From contig OX597823.1 in the NCBI GenBank assembly GCA_951406725.2, positions 35,402,001 through 35,466,000 of the forward strand: DNA of 64,000 bases, in the 5' to 3' direction. Below the pieces are notes generated by a model. It was not told the DNA's origin, did no database searches, and saw only the letters and a list, made by a program, of their open reading frames with translations. Below, piece after piece: positions 24,847-40,406 of this stretch (the stretch's first letter is position 1; every line of letters starts with the position of its first letter). Source of the stretch: Octopus vulgaris. Lineage: Eukaryota. The position numbers and the translations under genes are program-made.

Positions 24847-25458
24847 CGAGGTTTGATCAATAAGTATCCGGACTGTTGCCATAGTAACGAACCTAAAGCA
24901 CGCAAAACAAAGCCGCTTGGCAAAGATTGACTATGTACTCTGCTGTGCATGCACACAAAGCTTTAACATTCTAACTCACTTCCTCTGTTTACAGCAGTGA
25001 TTGGAAGAAAGATATGTAGCATGTGATCGTCGCATTGACCATGACAGAGAAAGTTGTCATGGCGATACCTGCTCAGAAGCCTACGCAAAGTTGCAGAAAG
25101 TGTATGGAGAGGAGCTGACCAAAAAGACTCCCGGGTTTCAGTTACACAAGATCTCTTTGATTGCGTTGAGAACGATGAAAACTTTTTGAAAACATAGCGT
25201 AGGCCTCTGAGCAGGTGTCGCCAGGTTTTTGGCAAAAGTTGATGCAGATTCTCTGCTCAACTTCCTCTGTTATGGTCAATGCGACGATCCCACCTTCCTT
25301 CCGAGCACTGCTGTAAACAGCAGAAGTGAGCCAGAACGTTAAAACTTGGTGCACATGCACAACAGACTTCAGAGTCAATTTATACCAAGCGGTTTTACTC
25401 TGTGTGGTTTAGTTTCGTTGCTATGACAATAGTCCGGATACTTATTGATCAAACCACG
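24847..25458. mobile_element. Mariner-derived fold-back MITE with TA TSD
   Basis: TA|CGAGGTTTGATCAATAAGTATCCGGACT...AGTCCGGATACTTATTGATCAAACCACG|TA; contains mariner N-terminus EQRICINFC. Confidence 0.85.
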
Positions 25459-25699
25459 TATGCTTACCGCTTAAAGGAATATAGAGTGACTCTACTCCTA
25501 TAAACATATTCGTGTCTTTATATATAAATCTGAAATTACAATAATATTTAACACCCCACTAACCCAGATGCATCTGCAGTACCCTAACTTTATACGTAAC
25601 GTTGACAACGTTTCTTCTTCACCTTCACGTGATTAGCCAAAGGCGAAACTGAATATAAGCAATTTGTCTATTTTAAAAAATATGTATAATATAAATATA

Positions 25700-25763
25700 T
25701 GTGTGCACACGTACATACATACATACATACACACATACATAATACATACATACATACATACAT

Positions 25764-25812
<49 letters not shown>

Positions 25813-25995
25813 CATATATATATATGTATATATTTGCATATATATATATATATATATACACATACATACACACACACACACACATATATATATGTGTATA
25901 TATATGTATGTGTGTATATGTATATATGTATATGTATAAAAATATGCATGTATGTATGTTTATGTATATATTCATGCACACGCATATACATATGC
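25700..25995. repeat. Compound (TACA)n/(TA)n/(CA)n microsatellite
   Basis: Direct reading. Confidence 0.9.
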
Positions 25996-26550
25996 ACATG
26001 GGGAGGGGGAATAAATTAACCTAAAAGTATCGATCATGTCATTTTTCAATATAAAATCGTAATCAATATATTTTCGTCACGTTTTGATGCCTATGAATTT
26101 TTATCAATTTAACTTAGCTTCAAATACACTTTTAAAAAATGTCAATATTAGACAAAATTTTCACCTGTTGTTTTGCTGCACACCAAAAGAAATACGTTTT
26201 TTCTATCAAAGAATTGTCAATAATACATTTAGCTTTCTTGTTTCTTCGATATTAATTATTTGCTTTTAAAGCTATGATTTAGAAAGCAAAGTAGCATTTT
26301 CAATGTTCGGATTTGTACTAAACAGCTGAGCGAGCAGTGAACACTTGGAAAACTACTAAATGGGGGGAAAATTAATGAACCTTTGGAGGAGCATTGAACG
26401 CTGAGGAAGTAGTGAACATTTTTGAGAGTAGTAAATGGATGGATTAGTGAACAGCCGGGGGAGCATTGGAATAGCAATAAACAGTTGGAGGAGTAGTGAA
26501 CAGCCGGAGAAGTACTAGGCAATTGGAAGAATAGTGAACACTAAAAGTAA

Positions 26551-26878
26551 AGACGCCCTTCGGTCATGATTGACCATGGGATTGCACCCACCTAGAAAGT
26601 TACCCTCCAAGGCACAAGTCCGGACAAGGTTGTTTGTGGAAGACCAGCAGTCGCTCAAGCATACCATCCACGCCACCGATTTTATCCAAGAGGAAGTCAA
26701 AGGCCAGTACAGCTTGGAACCAGTGATGCCGCAACTCATTTCTATAGCTGAGTGAACTGGAGCAACATGAAATGAAGTGTCTTGCTCAAGAGCACAACGC
26801 ACAACCCGGTTCTGGCATCGAACTCACTACTTCATGATTGTGAGTCCGACGCTCCAACCACTGGGCCATGCGCCTTCA
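26551..26878 (-). mobile_element. SINE family B
   Basis: Reverse-complement homolog of 19664-19986. Confidence 0.85.
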
Positions 26879-27329
26879 CTTAGTGAGCACTAATACAATC
26901 AAAGTTTCTTCTTCAAATGCGACATGCTTCATCTCACCTATATCGTTGATACTCCTTAAAATGTTGTAAAAAGTCAACAATATTTTTACTCGTTCTTTCT
27001 GATATTGTATGTTTCAGAGTAAATTCTCACATTATAGTGTTTCACACAAAATACATTCCTATTTGATGATCATATTTTCAATCCCTAATGTTTCCTGTTA
27101 TGTGGCTATTTAGATCTCAATACTACACATGTAAATTCCGCCCTCTATGCATGTATGATTGACGTGTCAGTGAAAGGGGTGAGAGGAGGCATAACCGAGT
27201 TGTTTTTGGTTATTTTTTTACTATAATGGACGGGTCTTCTCGAGTACAGCAAAAATCTGTCCTTTGTAATCTCCTTCAAAACAGACGAATCATAAATGAA
27301 AATACTGTGATCGACAAATCAGGAGCAAG

Positions 27330-29745
27330 ACATAAAATTAAGAATTAAATTTTTTTTGGCTGACAGTAAAGATACAATTCACTGTGCCCCCGGGGGAACG
27401 AAAACCACACTGAGACACAGACACTATATTTGGAACTATAAAGGTATTCAAACGTTCTAACAAAATGCGGGCAAGTACTTTCCAACCAAAAGCGAAATCC
27501 CACGAAAATTACCACACAGATCCTTTGGTCCCGATTTATACAAGGAGGCTAAAATGGCATCAATCCAGTCTTGAGGTACTTTCTCAGTTCTCCAATAGTG
27601 ACAAATTAATATATTTAAGAATTCAAACATTTTGTCGCCCCATATTTCAAGACTTCTCCACAGATTCCATCAGACCCTGGAGACTTATTGTTATTCAGCT
27701 TATTCACAGCTAAAGAAATGTCTTTTAGATTTGGTTCAAATGCCTTCTTTTCTTTAACTGGAAGATGTTCGATTTTTTTCTATCGTCCTCATGTCAGCAG
27801 ATGAGGGTCTATTCAAAAGTGCAGAAAAATGTCCTACCCAGCGCTTACGGATAGAAGCAGTGTCAGTTAGAAGCAAACGTCCATTTGCTGTTCTCACTGG
27901 AGCTATTGAAGAAGATTTTGGACCATATACCTCCTTAACGTAAAAGTACAAACCCTTGGCATCATTTCTATCAGCTGCTTCTTGTGTCTCTTTTGCTCTA
28001 TCATTCCACCCTTTCTGATTAATTTTCCTTAGAGCAGTTAGCAGTTTCCTTTTCAGTTTTCTGTAAGCTTCGTTGAGTTGGGGTTCAAGGACTGAGAAAG
28101 AAGTGTTTTGCCTAAGTTTTGTTTTTCTAAAAGTAGATCATGAATTTCTGCTGATCTATCTGAGAACCAGTCACTGGACTTATGTGATTTAAATCCCATT
28201 GACGAACTTGCAGCCTGAAATACTATTGTTTTGAAATCTTCCCATAGATGATTTGGGTCAAGATTGATACTTTCTATAGCATTGTGGAATCTTTGAAAGT
28301 TGCTTGATAATTTAAAGTTTGCAACATTTAACTTTTTGGGTACCTTAGGACCAGACTGTCGATTTTTAGGCATTATCGAAAAATCTATTTTGCCAGGTAC
28401 TTGATGATAATCAGTCCAGCTCTCTGTCCATCATGGCCCTTTCATATTACGTTTTCTGATCAGAATATAATCTATGAGATGCCAGTGCTTAGATCTTGGG
28501 TGCATCCAGGTGGTTTTATATTTATTTTCTGCTTAAACAGAGTGTTGGTGGCGACCAGATTATTCTCAGTACAAAAATCAAAAGAGCTACTCCATTTTTA
28601 TTACATATTTTCCAATCGCATGTCGACCTAAAACAGGCCATGAAACATAGTCCTTTCCAATTCTTGCAGTGAAATCTCCCACTATGACCAGCTTGTCAGA
28701 AATTGGTATTTTCCTCAATAATTGTGCCACCAGTTTCATCAGAATGGACATTGTTGGTGCATAAATACTGACAACAGTAAGAAACCTACCTTTTGTCAGT
28801 TTAATACGGCATGACATGGTCCGTTCAGATACATCACTTGGAAACTCTGCTGTGGAGGATACTAATGTATTCTTGTGAGCAAACCCAACACCAGATTCTC
28901 TACACTGACCCTTTAAGTAGGTCTCTCCAAAAGATAATATGTCCATATGTAGGTTCGTTTACTTGACCTTCAGCAGAGAGACGAGTTTCAAAGAACGCAA
29001 CTATATCAAGGGAATATTTCTTGAACTCACATGCAATAAGTGCAGTACGCCTTTCTGGCCTCTTGTTGAAATTATCATCAACAAGTGTGCGCACATTCCA
29101 ACAATCGAAATTCAAAGGATGTTTATTTTTACTTTTTCTTGAAAATTGTTTGACCACAGTGGCAGGATGACGACCCGGTCTAATCTGTGATACACTGGGA
29201 CACCTGTCCCCAAGCCTTTTTTGCCATTTACTGAATCTGCATTTTAGAGTAAGTTACAAGTGCATTTTTAGTTTTTTTGCCAACCAACCAACCAATTCAA
29301 TGATTTTACTAAGATTTGGTGTACAGAAAGTACCTGTGCAGATGAATAACTTTCAGTGGGTGTAGCTTGCACTGTACTACCCCCACCTATTGGCCCAAGA
29401 AGACATGAAAATTAACAAAACAAGGAACTTCCAAGGCCTCAGGCTTTATTTCGGAGATTTCCTTCTCCTAGGTAGATTACCAACCAAGATTAAAGAGTTT
29501 CTACCTGCCCATGAGGTAAGCTATCCCATTCTAGACACCAAACCGATACTTAGACACTCTATAAAGTCAAAGTCGCTCTTGAGTGCTACTGGTAACATGG
29601 TCGGGTCGTCGGCGACTAAACTGGCCACCCCAGCAGGCTTGCTTGGTGAGGAGGGTGTTGTTGGACACACTGCGGGATGAAAAATAAGACCCATCAAAGG
29701 GCAGAGGAACTCCTGAACAGTTAACGGCCATCCAACAAAATGTCT
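27330..29745 (-). mobile_element. RTE-clade LINE 5' part (5' UTR, AP endonuclease, linker), degraded
   Basis: WNVRTL, ERRTALIA.E, ETRL, VSIYAPT, GDFTARIG, WMHPRSKHWHLIDYI, VKEVYGP, RWVGHFSALLNRPS. Confidence 0.9.
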
Positions 29746-30689
29746 GTAAATATGTATATATCTTTTTTTGCTTATATGTATATATATACATATTTTTACT
29801 GTATAGTTTTACTTTCTATATATATTTTATATCTTTCAATTGCATATCTTTTATTTTTCTTTATATTTATATATATTATTTATAGTTAATTCTTATTCAC
29901 ACGTCGTACCTTAAATTTTTTTTATACGTATATATATATGTATATTTTTACTTAATATTTATATTTATTGCATATCTTTTATTTTTATATATTTATATAT
30001 CATTCTTATTTACATTTGCAAATCACATACCATACTTTCTTTTTTATGTATGATTGAGCTACTCTGCGTGGGTCATCGGAGTGATATTTGATCACTTTAC
30101 ACACACACACACATACACATACATACATACATATATACATACATACATACATATATATATATATATATTTCCCCATCTACATTTGGAATGAAATAATTTC
30201 TGTGCAAGAGGGTTTAAATAAAGAAAATTTTTTTATCGTAAAATGCAGAACACGCCTAAATATGAACGCTTAACGAACTTTGATATCAGTATATATCTTA
30301 ATTCATGATCACATATCCATCACTGTACATATTTATCTCACCACTTTAGCTTTTAAGTTTTTGTACATTTATTTATCTCCCTCCCCACAAGACATGAGCA
30401 ATTACCTCCCCTGTCCCAAATAAAAACGATCACCAATTACCTCCCCTTAGATTTTTCTACTTGTTAATTCATTCACAAACTTCCTTCCAAGAACATGAAC
30501 TAAAATCTTCTGAAGGAAATACGAAATTACAATAATTTCAATGTCCTTATTAGCGAAAGCGAAACCGGTCGACAAACGCAATAATCTTTCACTTATTAGA
30601 TATATTAAAAAACATATCAAAACTATGCAAACTGTGCCTTTTCGTTCTTTTATTATATATATATGTTCGTACATATATATCTATACACA

Positions 30690-30761
<72 letters not shown>

Positions 30762-32302
30762 CATATATATAATAGAGAGGCAACTATATAGACAAAGATA
30801 GCTTAATATAGTGAATTGTTCGAGTTACCCCAAGAGAGAAAGCAAAACGTATGGAATAAAATAATTATTGTAGTGAACAGAACTTTGACTATTGTTAGGT
30901 TTATAACTATTATCATTTTGAGACATAAAGCCTCTTCTTAATACACATACATACACAATAAATATGAGTGCACTAGCATACATATATATATGGCTATGTG
31001 CGTTTGTGAGCATGTTTGTGCGTATTTAAACAGATAAAGCACTCAAAAGAACGTCAGGGGTGTTAAAATGAAGGAAAACTTTGAATAGTGTTTACAGAAG
31101 AATCGATAGTTTGTTGCAAATGAAATTGCAGCGAAAAGAATTTTGAATTAATCTGTTATATTTTTAAGCGGTTTATTTTTTTTATTCCAGTATTTCTTTT
31201 TATTCTACGTTGTGTGAGTACAGCCTTTAGCATTTGACTTGTAATTTAATGATTTTACGATAGATGGTCGCTTATTCAATAGAAGAAAGTTCAGACCTGT
31301 CAACAAACAAGTTCAACTTTATTTCAATCAATTTACTATTGTCTTTATAGTTTTTTCTCCAATTCTTATGAGAATTAATTTTCATAAAATCTCTATACGT
31401 TCAAATATCCACAAATACTGTTAGTATCTATGCGGACCGCTTAGATATAAACAATTTGGAAGCCCGTTTGTCATTAACTTGCACATAGGCAACCTATGTT
31501 CTCTCTTTATCTTCCTAGATAGCAAAGGAAATTCGGTTGCCACGTGGGTAGCTGAGTAGTCCCTTTTAGTGAAAACACTGCTAACTCGAGGATCAGTAAC
31601 GTTCTGCAAAATATAAGCTAAAATTTGTGTCATTCCGTATGGCCAGTCTGGCGTGGCTGACAGAGGGCTACTATGTTGAATTATTCATAAATAATACGAA
31701 TTCGTGTTGGAATATGCATCGCATTTGTTGAACCAAGAGAAATACACTTTCTCAGGGACATATCGTCAAAGTGATTGTCAGTATGATGCGATCAAAGATG
31801 GTTATTTAAGATAGGCGATGCCAATTTCGCATTTCATTCTCCAATAATTAACAAATTTATGAGTTTCTTGTCATAAATATTTTGACATATGACTGCATTT
31901 TCATTCAAAAGGTGAGTGCATTTTCCTACTATCAGCTATTGTTAAGAGTGTCAAAATAAAGTATGAATATTTGAAGTGGGTCGAGCAGGCTTTCTTTGCG
32001 ATATTTGCTGTCCACGTCTCTTTCCGAAGCTGAGTTCACTATTTACTAACGAATTCGCTAGATCAGACAAAAAGTTTACTACACTATATTCATGTCAAAA
32101 ATTTTGCAGATCTATTGGTTGTTGAGATCGAAAAGGTGCTATACATAAGAATAAATTATTACATACCGATATATATACATGAAGCTTTGTTTGTAAAGTC
32201 AGCTAATATACATGTAAAAGTCTAGCGGGCTTACACAGCCACTGCCGAAAGTGAGATACATTTTTAATAGTCATAAATATTTCCCACGAATGGACAGCCA
32301 TC

Positions 32303-32331
32303 GAGTGAGTGAGTGAGTGAGTGAGTGAGTG

Positions 32332-32406
<75 letters not shown>
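32303..32406. repeat. (GAGT)n-(GT)n microsatellite
   Basis: Direct reading. Confidence 0.95.
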
Positions 32407-32408
<2 letters not shown>

Positions 32409-33868
32409 TATTACTACTGGGTGTCAGTTTCGGCAAAATAAATCCAAAGTTGATGAACATCTGACCCTGCTGGTACAATATATGCTACGTGAAAGTAGTA
32501 GAAAATATTATTCCTTACACAATGTTCATGCTAGTGCAAAAGCTATTGTAGGTAATCTAATCAAAATCTTTGCTGTTGTGCCAATGAATTCTTGTGGTTT
32601 TCTAATTGGAAAGCTGTCACTATCCTGCTGGCCTAAAGCACCTCCTGTAGTATTGGTATTGAGACATAGCTGAAATGATGATATTGAGTGAAAAGGAACC
32701 ACCAGCATTCAAATATATTCATACATATGTGAATACATACTTACATGCATGCGTACGTATTCTAATTAAGTTTGTATTATTAAGAACTCATTTTCTTTAG
32801 ATTTGGGATTGCAAATAAAAGCACTGTCTATCAATTATATGTCTTTTAACCTCGATGTTTATCTGTGTGCGTGTATGTATATATGTATATGTAGGTGAAC
32901 GTGATTGTGTGTGTGTATGTATATATACACACATACAAAAGGGTATCTACTAGATGCGAACATATGTAAAAATGATGTAAAATGATGTGCACGCACATAT
33001 ATAGTTGACTTTGCATTTCTGTACAAGTGTACGTATGTGTGTACGTATGTGTTTAATAAACTAAATGTTGATTTAAATTTGATAAAAATTTATGATGATT
33101 GTTTTAAGAACCTTCAAAAGTTTATTTATGTTTGAACTAAATCAAACTGGTGACGTTTAAACAATTAAATCTCTAATTTTAAATGTTATAAAGTCATTTC
33201 AAATTCCTTCTGTATCTCTCCAACGTTGTGTTAAGCCATCAATAGTTAATCACAGTGACACATTTCGTCTTCAATATCATTGCAAGGAATAAGTTCTCTT
33301 ATTACTGAAGCATCACACTTTCAATGTGTTTCATTTCCGTTTATATTTAAAATCATTACTTTTGATTCCCATTTTTAATGAACCTAATCAGCAAGTGCCA
33401 TAAACCACATCGTGATAGCGCTCGTTTCTTGACAATCATTTTAAGCGTAGCTAGCTAAAGGTGATTTTCTGCCACAGTTGATTTTGTTTAGTTGACTGGC
33501 ATAATAAAATACTAGAGTGATTTACTTAAGCTAATCGGTTCAGAGCAATCATGCGCGCACGCACGCACACCGAAAACACAGACATATATATAACAATAGA
33601 ACACTAACTCACTTTACCTTCATGATTTTAACTCTTTCCTGTTTCCCTCATGTAGGAGGTTGAAAAGGAACACACGAGTTGATATGTATAAGCAAAATAA
33701 TACAAGGTAGAAAATGCTAAAATAATTTTATCATGAAGAAAGCGGTTCGTCCAAGTCTACATTGGCACATTCGGGCAATCTAGTCGGTACCTGTCACAAC
33801 TGAAAACGTCTGAGCAGGTTTTTGAGGCTTTTGCACACCTTTCTCCTATCAGATACTCCCACGCAAAT

Positions 33869-33870
33869 CA

Positions 33871-33939
<69 letters not shown>

Positions 33940-33952
33940 GCTATCTAGCTAT
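33869..33952. repeat. (CTAT)n microsatellite
   Basis: Direct reading. Confidence 0.95.
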
Positions 33953-34235
33953 CACCTTATGGTATTATAACAGAAAAAGCTATTATAAGATATCAAACCT
34001 TATAGTTTATCGCATAGTCTTTCCTTGTTTTTCATAGCCTCTCCTTGCAAATGGGATTTAATCATACAGACATGACCCTATCCTATACAAAGCATTTAGG
34101 TACGGCAGCCTTTTATTTCTACCACTCATTTCTGCCACTCCATCCTCTTCCTAGCTAAATGATGGCTTCTAATTGAGATGTCAACCCACACATTTTTGGT
34201 CGGGGTAACCGGTATGTTGGATACAACCCCCTACA

Positions 34236-34670
34236 TTTGATTATTAAATACTGTATCAATAGCAACATATGGGTGTGAGACCTGGACACTAAAGAAAGCT
34301 GACCAGAAGAGAATTAATGCATTCGAGCTTTGGTGTTGGAGAAGACTTTTACGGATTCCATGGACAGCGAGGCTCACCAATGGAGAAGTTCTTAAGCAGA
34401 TCAGGCCGAAAATGTCGCTAGAAGCTAGGATCACCAAGCATAGATTAGCATATTTCGGTCATATTATGCGGAGAAAATCCCTGGAGAAGGACATCATGCT
34501 CGGAATGGTCAGTGGCAAGAGAGAAAGAGGCCGACCAAGAACCCGCTGGCTTGACACCATCAAGAGTGATACCGGAATGGACATAGCCAATCTGAAAGAA
34601 GCGGCCCAGGATAGAACTGACTGGAGGACACTGATCCAACGAGTGACCGAGAGTCGACTTCGACTGAGCG

Positions 34671-34741
<71 letters not shown>
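34236..34741 (+). mobile_element. 5'-truncated RTE-clade LINE with (GATA)n tail
   Basis: TYGCETWTLKKADQKRINAFELWCWRRLLRIPWTA...YFGHIMRR...RGRPRTRWLD; open frame to the stop. Confidence 0.9.
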
Positions 34742-36165
34742 CAAAATATTTCCTGTCGATCACAGCATCTCCAAGGGGATTGATCTCGGAAGGTGAAAGG
34801 CCGTAACGAGATCCTGATACCCAACTATTTATATAAAAATATTAAGGTCACATAATTCTTTTTAATATAATTCATAATATAATATTTAAGTATATATGAT
34901 TAGCAGTTAATTTACCAACGCTCTAAACAGTAGATAGATGACAGCTGTATCATATCACATGTACAATTAACTATTATTAAAATCTAAACAAATGCCTTCC
35001 ATCAATATTAGGAATGAAATTATGAAAACATCACGATATTTCATAAATGAAGATAACAAAAGATGTAATTTAAGTGTAGAGAAAGTATTTGTCATTAACA
35101 TTAGCATTATGATTATTGCTATTTATTTAGAGACTAATTATACATGCCATTGGCTCCATTCAGATGTATCAGTTCAATTGAGGAGCTCGATAATGAATGA
35201 TTACCAGAATTTTGACATATCGTGAGAAGCATCATAGATTTGAATATCTGTTAGTGTGCGTCTGTATTTCGTGTGTGTATGTATGTATGTATGCATGCGT
35301 GTGTGTGATACATGTTTCTTTAAAGAAAGTTGAGGATTGACGTTGAACACTTGCTTCGGTAATTAAAGTGCGGCTGCTCTTAAAAAAGAGCTGCAAATAA
35401 TAGTTAAAGCAACATATTTTGTAATGACTGTCGGACTTTCTCCATTATGGCTGCGACGCTCTAGTTTATATTTGGCATTCAATTAATTCAATCGGTCGAT
35501 TATTTCTCATGTGAGTAGATATATCAGGAAAGTCTTCCAACAATCTTACTGTATATGGGAATGACAATGACTATTTTCGAAGTGGTAGAAAGCGATAGGG
35601 TGCTATATTTAGCAAATCAACTTATCTTGTTGAAGCTTCGTTCGCTATCGTTTGATGCAAAACATGGAGCGAGAAGGAGACAAAAGCAAAAAAGAAAAAA
35701 AAAAAAGAAAAAAAAAAAAAGAAAAAAATTAAGATGTCCTCCCTGATTTCAGAAACTACAATTAATACCGCTGATATAGAATAAGAAACTGTCCACTATT
35801 AGTAGCTCTTTCGGTTTAAGTAAACTATGATAAAAGAACTTCAACCCATGGCCATAGTGGGGTTTTGTATATCAGGAACAACAGAGTGAGTGCGACCTGA
35901 TATCTTTAAAACTGTAAAATGTGATTTAAGGGAGGATTGTTCGCTGTTTCTAGGAGTTTAGACTGCCGCTCTGTAAATCTATCATTGGTTACCATTTAGA
36001 GGTGATCTTATTACTGCTTGGAATAAGACTTAGTCTGATACAGTAAAGCTTAGTCTAAAAGGCCGGCCTATTATATCAGGTGCTTCGATCATAACTCCGG
36101 TGTCAAGGGTTACATTGAGCCATGTATCTCGGGAGGCTCCAAACTGTAAATACTCCATAATAAAT

Positions 36166-36177
36166 GTGTGTGTGTGT

Positions 36178-36262
<85 letters not shown>

Positions 36263-36305
36263 GAGAGAGATGAGAGAGAGATGAGAGAGAGAGAGAGAGA
36301 GAGAG
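36166..36305. repeat. (GT)n-(TA)n-(GA)n microsatellite
   Basis: Direct reading. Confidence 0.95.
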
Positions 36306-36925
36306 TGTGAGCACGCCGGTGTTATTAAGAATATTATGAAGAAACGAATTCGACTAGGGAAGTGAAAAATCTATCTATCTATCTATCTATCTATTTATCT
36401 ATCTAGTATTAATAATAATAAAGAATATGGAGACTTGTACATCCACAAAATTTATTTTATAGTTATATACAGGCATATTACAATGACCTACACGTGTTTC
36501 CACTACAGTGAATATTTCACAATTGAAGATGCTACTTTCCAATATTGTTGGTGCAGTTTCATCCGGGTTTGTTTATTTGGTCTTCTTCGAAGCGAACTGT
36601 CTGAAGTAAATTTTTGTTAGTTAGTGTTCTGTGTGAGAAGGGGGGGGGGTTAGTTATTTATAGGCATGTGCTGCCGACCTTGATTTCCCTCCAGCTATAT
36701 ATTAACCGAAGTTATCTCACTTTAAGTATATCTATTGATATATCTTTTAAAGCGTAAATTTACTGATCTTCATGACACTGTTTCATTATGTAAAACATTT
36801 CGATTGTGCCTGCAGTTTAACATACAAATGCAGAATAATAGAATCATTCTCTCTCTCTCTCATCACTGATTCAGCTATTTCCATTTCGTTTCTTTCTTAG
36901 TCTCCCTTTCTCCTCTTCCATACCC

Positions 36926-36972
<47 letters not shown>

Positions 36973-37899
36973 CTACATTGGAGTTATAGCCTCTCTTGAC
37001 GTAAGCGTAACACATGGATTAAGCAGGCAGAAACGCAGGAACAAGCAGAACGATATCATAATTATTCAAATTATTATTCAAATTTTTATTCTATCGTCTA
37101 GTGCACGAAGAACAGGCAAAATCAAAACACTGATGCACATTGTCAGTCTTAATACATTGGGGGAAGATGTATAAATCGCTGGTGTATTTCGATTTTTGAG
37201 AATTTATCCTTTCAGACAATGTGTGTTTACAACACCACATTCATTCATTGGGGTAAAGTGACTTTAAGACATCGTGGTATTTCGACCTAGTTGTGTTTCT
37301 TCTGTCAGAACTACTCCTGTATCAATGAAACTAAACAAGTATTATGACTCTTTTTAGAGACATGAGCCAACAATTTAATTGCTGATACGCGCTGATGTTT
37401 ACCAGACTGATAATAAATCGTGGAAAGCGAACAGCCAAAATCGAAGCAATGATGTACGTTTTCTTTCCAAATAAATGCCAGCATATTTTTTCTGAATTTT
37501 CGCATTTCAAGAAATTCATCTTGTCGGAATTTAAAAGGCGACTATCTGACTCTTAGTAAACTATTAACATCTTGTTTAGGTCTGCTTGACATTGAATAAT
37601 TATAACATTGGTTGTCTCTGTTGTATTTATTTTTCCTGTCTTCTTATTTAAACATTGTCTGCTGAAAAGAGAACTGACAAATAACATTGTTTTCAGCTTG
37701 ATAAATGCCGGAATAAATTTTTATTTCGACCAGAAAACCCTGTGTAGCTGCACTTACAAGATTTGTGGCTTATTATAAGCTTATTTTTACTTTCATAGCT
37801 GATCGAGTACGTTGAAGCATTAGCACATAATGTACATGTAAATATGTATGTATGCATGTATACATACATAGACATATATGTGTATAAATGTTTTCATGC

Positions 37900-37940
<41 letters not shown>

Positions 37941-38199
37941 AATGTGTGGTAAATAAAGAAACGAAATACCTTATACTGAATGTACAACTGGACGGGAGAC
38001 AAACACAGAAGGTTCCTAATTCATCATCAGTTATCAACCAATTGGTAATACTCAGTTTCGCATCATTAATGATAAGACCGAGGGCTTCCCATATTGACGG
38101 TGCCCGCAAAAACATTTCTTGCGGAAAATTCAAGGCCGAGAGCAAACAAAGCAAAGAAAAACAATACAGAGTGTAATTTAGGACGGTGAACAAGAACGG

Positions 38200-39030
38200 A
38201 CACACGAGCAAAATACGGCCTTAGAGCTAAGAAGACAAGAATAGTGGGTAATGTTTAGAAGATATCCTTATACAAACTTTTTCTAAACACTTTACAAACG
38301 AAAGAAGATATTACGATATTGTTAATCCTAGGTTTCTTAAAGTTGCTTTTCTGTATCAAATAATTTGTCCTAGATTATATCTTCAATTAACGAAATAAAA
38401 TTATCTAATTTTTATAACAATTTTAACTGTATTAAATGAAACAATATGAATAAATGTTAGTGTACTTGAGTCGTCTAGTTTACAAGGAGAAACAACACAA
38501 GTTAAATCCTATCTAAGCCTCTTGAACGTAGGTAACTTGGTAAATAGCAATCACACCGAATGGAATGATATAATACAGGCTAATAATATGAGTAGTAATG
38601 AAAATATATTTTGTGACTGCAAGGTTAGAAGTAAATCTTTATTTAAAAATCATTGTAAGCAAAAAATTATCGTTTGCAGATGTCAAGTGAAATCTGAAGC
38701 AAAGAGTTCCTTGTACATAGGGCCAACGCAAAATTTTATCACGAAACACATCTCTAATCACATTTACACCTTTAATAATAGGAACAGGTCCTCTTGTACC
38801 AGCCTCAGTAAATTTATTTGGGACAAGAAAAACAAGAAAAAAGTTTTTCTGTAGAGTGGGAGATTGTAAGCAAGGCTGCTGCTTATAAGGTTGGAATTTT
38901 TTTTTTTTTGCTTTCACTGTCTCGAAGAATTATACCAAATCCTATATTTCAGGCGGTGCCTCTTAAATATGAGGATTGAGGCTGGTTTTTCATATGTTCA
39001 CGCATGTAAATGGACTTTCAAAAACTACCA
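38200..39030 (+). mobile_element. Degraded PLE GIY-YIG region
   Basis: CDC...C...IIVCRCQV...YIGPTQNF...ISNHIYTF...TSLSKFIW; homologous to 42070-42640. Confidence 0.7.
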
Positions 39031-40373
39031 TTAGATATATTATTATCATTAAGTAATTATATGTTAAAGCTATTAGAACTTTAAATAGGTTGGTATTTCA
39101 TGTTTAATACACTAACATCTGTAACTATAAAAATAAAGAATTCTTAGTAGATATCATAGAAATATCAAATATTATATTAAAATATTAATATTTAAATATT
39201 AATATTTCATCTTAAATACGAGGAAGAAGACTGATTTTTCATGTATTCATGCATGTTTATGGGTGTTCAAAAACAGCCATAGTTGTATTACTATTATAGA
39301 TACTAGAACTTCTGAATCTGTCGATACTTCACGTTTTATTATACCAGCATCTGTAAATATGCGTATTAAAGAATGCTTAGGAGATATAATATTGATATAA
39401 AAATATTAATTAAATGGTAAAGATGTACATTTGGTTTTCTGTACTAGTAGCAGTATCATAGATTTAATTAAGTACGTTTTTCATGAATATGTCGTTGATA
39501 TTTTATAATATAATTCATTAAACTAAGTTACAGATAAAAGTATTGATTTTGTAATAGTTGTAGATTTAGTAATTTATAAAAAAAATTTATCAGTTGGATT
39601 TACGTTTATATTTTCTTTTGTGTACATAGTTTGTATTGACCATAACTATGGCGCACAAATATAGATGATGCGATACTCTAATATGGTAATGACAAGCAAT
39701 TTTTAATAGTGATATTTTTCGTTGTCTCCGATATTTTAACAAACGCACGTACAATTGCTTGATGCGCTCTCTCTCCCTCGTTCTTTCTCTCTCTCTAATA
39801 CCTTGTTCGCCCAACCACCGCCACCACCACCACCAATTATGGATTACAAACGCATGCACACAACTATTTGAAACATATTTGTTTATATATATATGCCAAA
39901 ACGCACACATCTGAGTGTCAAGGGTCGACCAACACTCCATTCTGGAAATTTCTTCTCTGATGAAATATCCAATTAACCAGTTTCATTATTAACATTTTAA
40001 TTTAATTCAATTTCTCTAATTGAATTAATTGGCCATTCAAACGGCTGTACGGATAAGAATTTCATCTTTTGTTATCTTTTGACAAATCGCAACAATATTG
40101 ACCACTCCAAAATATTCCATTTCTTTATTTTTGATGGGCTTAACTCTTCTTCCCCCTCTGGTTTCAATTACTATTAGTCTTGTCTTTGTTCTTATCTTTA
40201 TCTTTATTTTATATTTATTTTTATTTTTATCTTCAATTCATTTACTTATTTTTTTCCCTTCGTCTTTTTTCTTCCCCCTTGTCCTTCCATCTTCTCATTT
40301 TTCTTCTTCTTCTTCTTCTTCTTCTTCTTCTTCTTCTTCTCCCCCTCTTCATCTTCCTCCCACCACCACTACT

Positions 40374-40406
<33 letters not shown>

